A program made the translations under genes and the position numbers. DNA of 64,000 bases from an uncultured Bacteroidota bacterium (GTDB lineage Bacteria > Bacteroidota > Bacteroidia > Chitinophagales > LD1), in contig CAIXGR010000043.1 in NCBI GenBank assembly GCA_903919075.1, forward strand, positions 3,053-67,052, written 5' to 3'. Position 1 is the stretch's first letter. Each line of letters starts with the position of its first letter. The notes under the pieces are model-generated. The model was given only the letters and a program-made list of their open reading frames with translations. It was not told where the DNA came from and did not search any database. Below are positions 58,199-64,000 of the stretch, piece after piece.

Positions 58199-59824
58199 TT
58201 ATTTCAACACTTCTATTTCCACTCTTCTATTTCTTGCGCGGCCTTCGTCGGTTGAGTTATCGGCTATTGGCATACGTTTGCCAAAGCCTATGTATACCAT
58301 TCGGCTTTCGGGTATTCCTTTCTTCACTAAATAATCATAAACTCTTTTTGCCCGGTTATCTGAAAGCCATTGGTTGTACTCATCCGAAGCAACGTAATCG
58401 GTATGGCCGTTTATACGGATACGCATGTTCGGATTGTTCTCTAAGAAGGTTACCACTTTATCCAATTCAGGATAAGAGCTTTTCTCGAGGAAGCTACTGT
58501 TTCGCTCAAAGTTAACGCTGTTAAGGCGGAAGATATCGCCCTTTGACGCCGTGGTAGTTTTATCAACTCTTGTAGGGAAATCTGTTGGCGGCCTTTCCGA
58601 AACTGTTTTCTTGTAGCCTCTCATCAGATTTTCAAAACTATCTACACGCTCTTGTATGTTCTTCAATTCCTGGTCGTGGTCTTTCAGCTGTTGGTCGTGT
58701 TGTTGTTGTTGCTGCTGTTGTTGTGTTTGAACCGCATCTGTATTCTGTCTCAACGAATCAACATTATGTTTTAAAGAATCTGCATTTTGTTTCAGCGAAT
58801 CAATCTCCTGCTTAATAGTATCAATACTCTTCTGCATTTCTTTATTCGCTTCAATCAGGCTATCCAATTGCGACTGTCTCATGTTATCATCTTTCGCGCC
58901 TTTCTTTTTCAACCACCGGTCGAAATTAATACCTAATATAATTTCGTGTGTGCCTTTGGTTTGAGAAAAATTAGCCCCCTGCATAGTAAACGGCGCATCG
59001 AATGCATAGCCGATAGTTACCGTTTTATCAATACGCACTGCTGCCATTGCCGAGAAACCGTAGTTCATGCGATATCCCAAGCCTACATATAATAAACGCT
59101 TGTAGTTAAAGGTTACACTTCCATCAACCTGTATGGGTTGCGATGGGCCTTTGGTTACCATTACACATGGTTCGATGTTATATTTTTCGTTGGCAAGACT
59201 TATCTCGTAACTGGCGCTACCTATAAAATGGCGTTGCATTAAATACGTAGCATCTTTAAGTTGTGTGTTTACCCGTGTGTACATATTCAACACCTGCGGT
59301 ACTGAAAAGCCAATGGTCAATTTTTTCTTCCATTGGTAAGCAAGGCCAACATTCATATCGAAACCAATGCCACTTCTTGCGCTCGATAATATTTGTGCAT
59401 CATCGGGGTCGTTAACTACAGCATTATTAAAATCGATATAAGTATTCATAATACCAGCCGAAACACCAAGCGAGATGATATGGTCTTTTGCTACATGTAT
59501 TTTTTGCGCATAATAAAGCTGCGCATTTAAACGTTGGATAATGCTTGTTTTATCGCTATACACATGAAAGCCCACACCAATGCGGTCGTTCCAAAGACTC
59601 ATATCGCCCAGCGCACCACCGGTTACAGGATGGCCCGGTATGGCGGTCCATTGGTCGCGGTAAAAGCCATACAGGTCGGTGCTGCCGTTGTACGATGTTA
59701 GCGCAGGATTGTAAAGCATACGCAAAAAATACATCTCGCTGTATAAGGGTATTTGCTGCGCTGCCATACGCCCGGTAAGCATTACGGTAAGCATTGATAA
59801 TATTATGAGCCTTTTCATATTCAT
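58199..59824 (-). CDS. PorP/SprF-family T9SS membrane protein fused to a coiled-coil/poly-Q linker and a C-terminal OmpA domain
   Basis: The N-terminal part reads PLYSEMYFLRMLYNPA, FYRDQW, GVGFHVYSDK. The linker reads DSLKQNADSLKHNVDSLRQNTDAVQTQQQQQQQQHDQQ. The C-terminal part reads NFERNSSFL, NGHTDYV, NRRVEIEV. Confidence 0.75.
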   Translation of the reverse strand: MNMKRLIILSMLTVMLTGRMAAQQIPLYSEMYFLRMLYNPALTSYNGSTDLYGFYRDQWTAIPGHPVTGGALGDMSLWNDRIGVGFHVYSDKTSIIQRLNAQLYYAQKIHVAKDHIISLGVSAGIMNTYIDFNNAVVNDPDDAQILSSARSGIGFDMNVGLAYQWKKKLTIGFSVPQVLNMYTRVNTQLKDATYLMQRHFIGSASYEISLANEKYNIEPCVMVTKGPSQPIQVDGSVTFNYKRLLYVGLGYRMNYGFSAMAAVRIDKTVTIGYAFDAPFTMQGANFSQTKGTHEIILGINFDRWLKKKGAKDDNMRQSQLDSLIEANKEMQKSIDTIKQEIDSLKQNADSLKHNVDSLRQNTDAVQTQQQQQQQQHDQQLKDHDQELKNIQERVDSFENLMRGYKKTVSERPPTDFPTRVDKTTTASKGDIFRLNSVNFERNSSFLEKSSYPELDKVVTFLENNPNMRIRINGHTDYVASDEYNQWLSDNRAKRVYDYLVKKGIPESRMVYIGFGKRMPIADNSTDEGRARNRRVEIEVLK

Positions 59825-59873
59825 ATTTTTATAAAATATTTTATCTGAATTTTTTCCTTTCATAGCCGTGCTA

Positions 59874-62777
59874 TTATTTTGCCGTACCGCTTAAAATGTT
59901 GATAGGGCCTTTATACTCATGGTTATGCTGCGCCGGAACCGTTAACACATAATAATAAGTGTCATCCGGAAGTTTATCACCGGTAAGGGTTTTATAAGTT
60001 CCGCCCCAGTTGTTGGCATAGTTGTCGACTTCGTAAACCGTTTGTCCCCAGCGGTTAAAAATTACCAGGTGCGAGCCGGTTAAATTTATTTTCGGATTTA
60101 ATTTCCAAACATCGTTTTTGCCATCGCCGTTTGGCGTAATTACATTCGGCAACTGAACATTATCTGGTATTACCACATACACATTTACCATACTGCTATC
60201 GGCACAGCCGTAAGTATCAGTAGCCTTGAACGTAAATAAAATTGAATCGCTGCCAGAGTATGTTGGATTTGGCACATTAGTAAAATCTAATCCCGTGCCT
60301 GGCGCCCATTGGTAAACCAATGACCCACTACCAGTAGCGGTTCCGTTCAACTCCACCGACTGGCCGAGTATGATAGTAGTATCAGCGCCAGCACTTACAA
60401 CAGGCAGCGGAAGCACATCTATAATTATAAAATCGCTGGTATCGGTTGAACACTGGTTGCTTCCCACTAAAGTTATTTCGGAATGATTAGCCAACGAGGA
60501 ACTGGTGAACGTGTTGTTTGAAGATGACCCGCCTTGGGCTACTCCATCTACAAAAAACTGGTATTTCTGTGCACCGGCACCGGTAAAGGTAATGCTTTGG
60601 CCCTGGCAAATAGTGTAGTCTTCATCTGATGCATATAATGAAACGTGTACCGGTTTCAAAACGTTAAGTATGGCAATAGAGGTATCGCTACAACCATAAT
60701 TATCTACATAAATATCTACAACAGTATCAATACCCGGTGGGGTTAGAATAGGATAGAATATATTCCCAACTACTCCTAACCCGCTGTAAGTACCGCCTGG
60801 TGGCGTAAAGTGGTCGTTCAAATCTAATGGCTCTGAAGTGCTGCAAAGCGCCGAAGCCGGTATGCTAACCGTAATAAATGGTTGTGGGCGAATCATAACA
60901 TCTACGGTAGCCGAATCGATACAACCGCTTACGTTATGATAAACATACTTAACATGATGTAAGCCTACGCCTAAAAAGTTCGGAACAAAAATATTGTTCT
61001 CTAATCCATCAATATAATAATTGCCGCCAGCGGGTGAGCCCTGGGTTATTAAAAACGGAGGCTCGGTAATACAAACATTTGGAGAAAAATTAAGTGTAAC
61101 CGGTGGCATTTGGCTGAAAACTATATTTGCCACTGCTGTATCAGTGCAGCCATATGAATTAGAAACAATTAATGTATAAACACCCGCACTTGCCTGTGTG
61201 GGGTTGGGGTTGTTCCAGTTGTAGGTAGTATATTGCCCTTCTTCGCCTTGCGAATATACTTGGGTTAAATCAATTGTTGTGCCCGGACAAATGCTATCGG
61301 TTACATCGGCACCAAGATTTGGTTTTGGATTTTGCACAACGGTTAGCTGCGCGGTATCCGTGCACCCATTGTCGTTAGTTGCTACAATAATATAAACACC
61401 GGGCCCAACGGCCGACGGGTTGGGTGAGTAATAAGTTGTTGGCCATCCATCGTGTTGGTAATAATCATAAAGGTTAACGAGCGTACCGGGGCAAACATTT
61501 ACAATTATATCTTCTCCTAAATCTGGTTTAGGATAAATTGTTACTTCCTGTTCAGCGGTTGCCGAGCACCCGTCGGGGGTTGTTACGGTAACTGAATACA
61601 GGCCACTGCTGCTAACAGTTAGTATGCGCGAACTTGCACCGGTTGACCAATGGTATGTGCAGTTGGGGTTTCCGGCATCTAAAGACACGCTTCCGCCACA
61701 CTGAAAAACAGAAGGGCCCAAATTAATTACCGGTAACCCATGAATGGCCACATTAATAGTATCGGCTGCCGTACAGCCGCTAGCTATATTGGTAGCTGTA
61801 ACGCTATAAGGCCCGGTTGCATTTACCGTTATTGTTGATGCCGTTGATGTATTGGACCATAAATAAGAAGCGGTGCCATTATTTCCTGCATCTAAAGTTA
61901 CTGTGCCTGCGCATTGCGAAATATCAGGGCCCAGGTTAACCACCGGTACCGGTTTAATGTAAACATTTACCGGATTAGAAACACCCACACAGCCGGCCGT
62001 GGTGGTTACTGTAACCTGATAATTGCCGCTGGTACTGGCTTCTATAACCTGGCTTGTTGAGGTGTCGGACCATGCGTAAATAGTTCCCGGGCCGGGGTTG
62101 GTAGCATCTAACCTAACACTGCCGCCACATTGCGCATACGGGCCGCCTAAATTTACCTGCGGTGTGGCATCAATATGTATGCAATAATCAATTGCCTCGC
62201 CATAAGTGCTTTGGTTACCGCAAACATCGTTTTGCGAAAGTTGCGGACCAAAAACCGTTTGGCATATTATCCGCATTCGGGTATTAATTGACGGTGTGCC
62301 TAGCGGTATAGTAATAACACCCGAAATGGTATTGCCTAAAAAGGAGTTACCAATAAAGAAAAATTCTCCCGGATCGGAAAAATTGCCATTGCCGTTAAAA
62401 TCAATCGCTACTGCAAAAAACTCGTCATTGTTTTCTAAATAATAGCCGGGGCTAAAGGTTGCAACGTAATTATTGCCGCTACAAACATTAATACAAGCAC
62501 CGGTGCTAAAGTCGATATAATTAAATGCCGTTGGACAGCCAATATTACTATTGTTTATGTTGCTGAACGAAAAAGCATCTATAAAATCTGCCCGAAGCGG
62601 AGTATCGCATGAAGGTGCAGACCATGCGGGAAGACAATACTGCCCGTATGAAAAATTGGCGTTCAACAAAGTTACCACAACTATAGCTGCAGCAACAATA
62701 TAACGCTGGCCTGTTTTAAGTTTAATAAGGCCCTTGCAAAACTGCCACATATGGCAGATTGAGTAGATTTTATTCAT
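59874..62777 (-). CDS. Large secreted protein with a GEVED-like N-terminal domain, about five Cys-containing Ig-like repeats and a type B T9SS sorting domain
   Basis: The C-terminus reads PNVITPNGDGKNDVWKL, VIFNRWGQTVY, DDTYYYVL. Repeats have the form NLGPxxxQCGGSVxLDAGN, SGxYxVTVT, GC. The start could be the ATG at 62777 or the TTG at 62825. Confidence 0.8.
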   Translation of the reverse strand: MNKIYSICHMWQFCKGLIKLKTGQRYIVAAAIVVVTLLNANFSYGQYCLPAWSAPSCDTPLRADFIDAFSFSNINNSNIGCPTAFNYIDFSTGACINVCSGNNYVATFSPGYYLENNDEFFAVAIDFNGNGNFSDPGEFFFIGNSFLGNTISGVITIPLGTPSINTRMRIICQTVFGPQLSQNDVCGNQSTYGEAIDYCIHIDATPQVNLGGPYAQCGGSVRLDATNPGPGTIYAWSDTSTSQVIEASTSGNYQVTVTTTAGCVGVSNPVNVYIKPVPVVNLGPDISQCAGTVTLDAGNNGTASYLWSNTSTASTITVNATGPYSVTATNIASGCTAADTINVAIHGLPVINLGPSVFQCGGSVSLDAGNPNCTYHWSTGASSRILTVSSSGLYSVTVTTPDGCSATAEQEVTIYPKPDLGEDIIVNVCPGTLVNLYDYYQHDGWPTTYYSPNPSAVGPGVYIIVATNDNGCTDTAQLTVVQNPKPNLGADVTDSICPGTTIDLTQVYSQGEEGQYTTYNWNNPNPTQASAGVYTLIVSNSYGCTDTAVANIVFSQMPPVTLNFSPNVCITEPPFLITQGSPAGGNYYIDGLENNIFVPNFLGVGLHHVKYVYHNVSGCIDSATVDVMIRPQPFITVSIPASALCSTSEPLDLNDHFTPPGGTYSGLGVVGNIFYPILTPPGIDTVVDIYVDNYGCSDTSIAILNVLKPVHVSLYASDEDYTICQGQSITFTGAGAQKYQFFVDGVAQGGSSSNNTFTSSSLANHSEITLVGSNQCSTDTSDFIIIDVLPLPVVSAGADTTIILGQSVELNGTATGSGSLVYQWAPGTGLDFTNVPNPTYSGSDSILFTFKATDTYGCADSSMVNVYVVIPDNVQLPNVITPNGDGKNDVWKLNPKINLTGSHLVIFNRWGQTVYEVDNYANNWGGTYKTLTGDKLPDDTYYYVLTVPAQHNHEYKGPINILSGTAK

Positions 62778-63049
62778 AGTATAAAAGTGTAATAACTTAT
62801 TGGCAATGTATTTAAACTCTTGCAAATCTCTTTTTTCCTACGTATAATGCATTGTTTTTTTTAACACATACACCACATTAAAAAGAACTATTCTGCTTTT
62901 GTAGACAGTTAATGCAATATCAATAGCCAATTTAATTGCTTTTTAATTTGTCAAATCTTTCGCTCACCCACATTTTTTCTGTTTAAAACACACATAGCAA
63001 TAGCATATAAAAGCTTTTAATATGCAGCCACAAAATAATTTGGAAACGG

Positions 63050-64000
63050 ATGCAGGTATTAAAATTTGGCGGCACTTCGGTAGCCAATGCTGAAAACATT
63101 AATAAGGTAATTAACGTTGTTAGGGCTGCTTTAAAAAAGGATAAGGCAATAGTTGTGGTATCGGCCTTGGGCGGAACTACTGACTTACTTATTGAAGCCG
63201 GCCGGTTGGCCGCTGCGGGGAAAGAACAATACAAAGAAAAATTATTAGCGATAGAGCAGCGCCACTTGCAAACAGTAAAAGAGTTGATACCGCCAGCACA
63301 ACAAAGTGATATATTAACCACGGTTACAAAAAAATGTGCGGAGCTATCATCTATATGCGAAGGGGTTTTTATGCTGGGCGAACTATCGGCACGAACACTT
63401 GACAGGATAGTAAGTTTTGGAGAATTGATTTCATCGCTAATTATTTCGTACAAATTAAAAACACTTGATGTAGAACACCGGTGGGGCGATGCACGGGAGT
63501 TGATAGTTACTAACTCGAACCATACTTTTGCCGCTGTTAATTTTGATGTTACTAATGCTAAGGTTACTTCATTCGTTAGTTCGCATAAAAGTAATTTATA
63601 TGTATTACCCGGATTTATTGCTGCCGATGTACATGGTGTTACCACTACATTAGGCCGTGGCGGGTCAGATTACACAGCCGCTATTTTTGCAGCTGCGGTT
63701 AATGCCAGCATACTTGAAATATGGACTGATGTAAGTGGTATGATGACCGCCGATCCAAGATTGGTGCAAAACGCAAAAGTAGTTCCGCATATTTCTTATC
63801 AGGAGGCAATGGAACTTTCGCACTTCGGGGCTAAGGTTATTTATCCGCCAACCATACAACCGGTGATGAGTAAGGGCATTCCGCTTCGAATAAAAAACAC
63901 CTTTGCGCCAAACGATGAAGGAACGCTGGTAGAAAACAAACCGGATGGCACTCAAAATATAGTAAGCGGAATTTCGAGTATGAATAAAATTTCGTTGCTA
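63050..64000 (+). CDS. thrA: Aspartokinase (N-terminus of bifunctional aspartokinase/homoserine dehydrogenase); runs off the right edge
   Basis: Absent from the ORF track because no stop lies in the window. The ATG at 63050 gives MQVLKFGGTSVANAENINKVINVV, VVVSALGGTTD, LGRGGSDYTAAIFAAA, WTDVSGMMTADPR, and the frame stays open to 64000. Confidence 0.9.
   Translation, partial: MQVLKFGGTSVANAENINKVINVVRAALKKDKAIVVVSALGGTTDLLIEAGRLAAAGKEQYKEKLLAIEQRHLQTVKELIPPAQQSDILTTVTKKCAELSSICEGVFMLGELSARTLDRIVSFGELISSLIISYKLKTLDVEHRWGDARELIVTNSNHTFAAVNFDVTNAKVTSFVSSHKSNLYVLPGFIAADVHGVTTTLGRGGSDYTAAIFAAAVNASILEIWTDVSGMMTADPRLVQNAKVVPHISYQEAMELSHFGAKVIYPPTIQPVMSKGIPLRIKNTFAPNDEGTLVENKPDGTQNIVSGISSMNKISLL

Noticed and set aside
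62983-63955. Track ORFs 62983..63645 (220 aa) and 63665..63955 (96 aa) on the minus strand.
   Set aside because: They are antisense shadows of the aspartokinase (thrA) reading frame. That frame starts at 63050 on the + strand and carries unmistakable aspartokinase motifs. The track omits it only because it has no stop in the window.

Overview
This is a chromosomal segment from a Bacteroidota-type genome, about 40% GC by eye. The phylum call rests on three kinds of evidence. There are type A and type B T9SS C-terminal sorting domains. There is a PorP/SprF gene. There are TAnnTTTG-like -7 promoter boxes. All gene names below come from motif recognition in the translated ORFs; no database search was run.

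Gene content, left to right:
- An 11-subunit-style NDH-1 operon, nuoA-B-C-D-H-I-J-K-L on the minus strand. nuoL runs off the left edge. No nuoEFG lies between nuoD and nuoH.
- Divergent from it, a 2x[4Fe-4S] ferredoxin and korAB (2-oxoglutarate:ferredoxin oxidoreductase).
- A secreted glycine-rich protein gene broken at a G9 tract, then slyD.
- A tightly coupled selU-selD-(TPR-PrsW protease) operon.
- An ~870-bp tandem duplication carrying two DUF3943-like secreted-protein paralogues. The second paralogue is broken at another 9-nt G/C tract.
- meaB, then an LPS/O-antigen-type cluster (ligase-like, GT2, GT4).
- An ECF-type sigma factor and uvrA.
- An M1-like gluzincin, divergent from an OmpA-family protein that contains about eight 129-bp coding repeats.
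- A glycosyltransferase, dgkA and lspA.
- An NAD-epimerase gene with one in-frame TGA.
- A histidine kinase/response regulator pair, two type A T9SS cargo genes, a DMT/EamA-type transporter, and obg.
- A NifU-like gene, a DUF167 gene, recX, and a small collagen-like secreted protein.
- An rluA-family gene, an M29 aminopeptidase, and ridA.
- A translationally coupled three-gene cassette (HADH-like, deacetylase-like, FemAB/GNAT-like).
- A YXWGXW-repeat protein, a TMTC-like TPR membrane protein, xth, a PIG-L deacetylase, and an APC permease.
- A type B T9SS cargo gene followed by a PorP/SprF-OmpA fusion.
- The start of thrA, which runs off the right edge.

I saw no tRNA or rRNA genes, no CRISPR array, no transposase or integrase, and no recognisable defence system.

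The most unusual signal is three G/C homopolymer tracts of 9-10 nt. Two interrupt genes for secreted proteins, and one lies in the leader of a T9SS cargo gene. They are candidates for slipped-strand phase variation, or they may be homopolymer sequencing errors. Other items worth a second look are an orphan long hairpin in a 544-bp ORF-free gap, the mosaic tandem duplication, the in-frame TGA, and the NDH-1/ferredoxin/KorAB neighbourhood.
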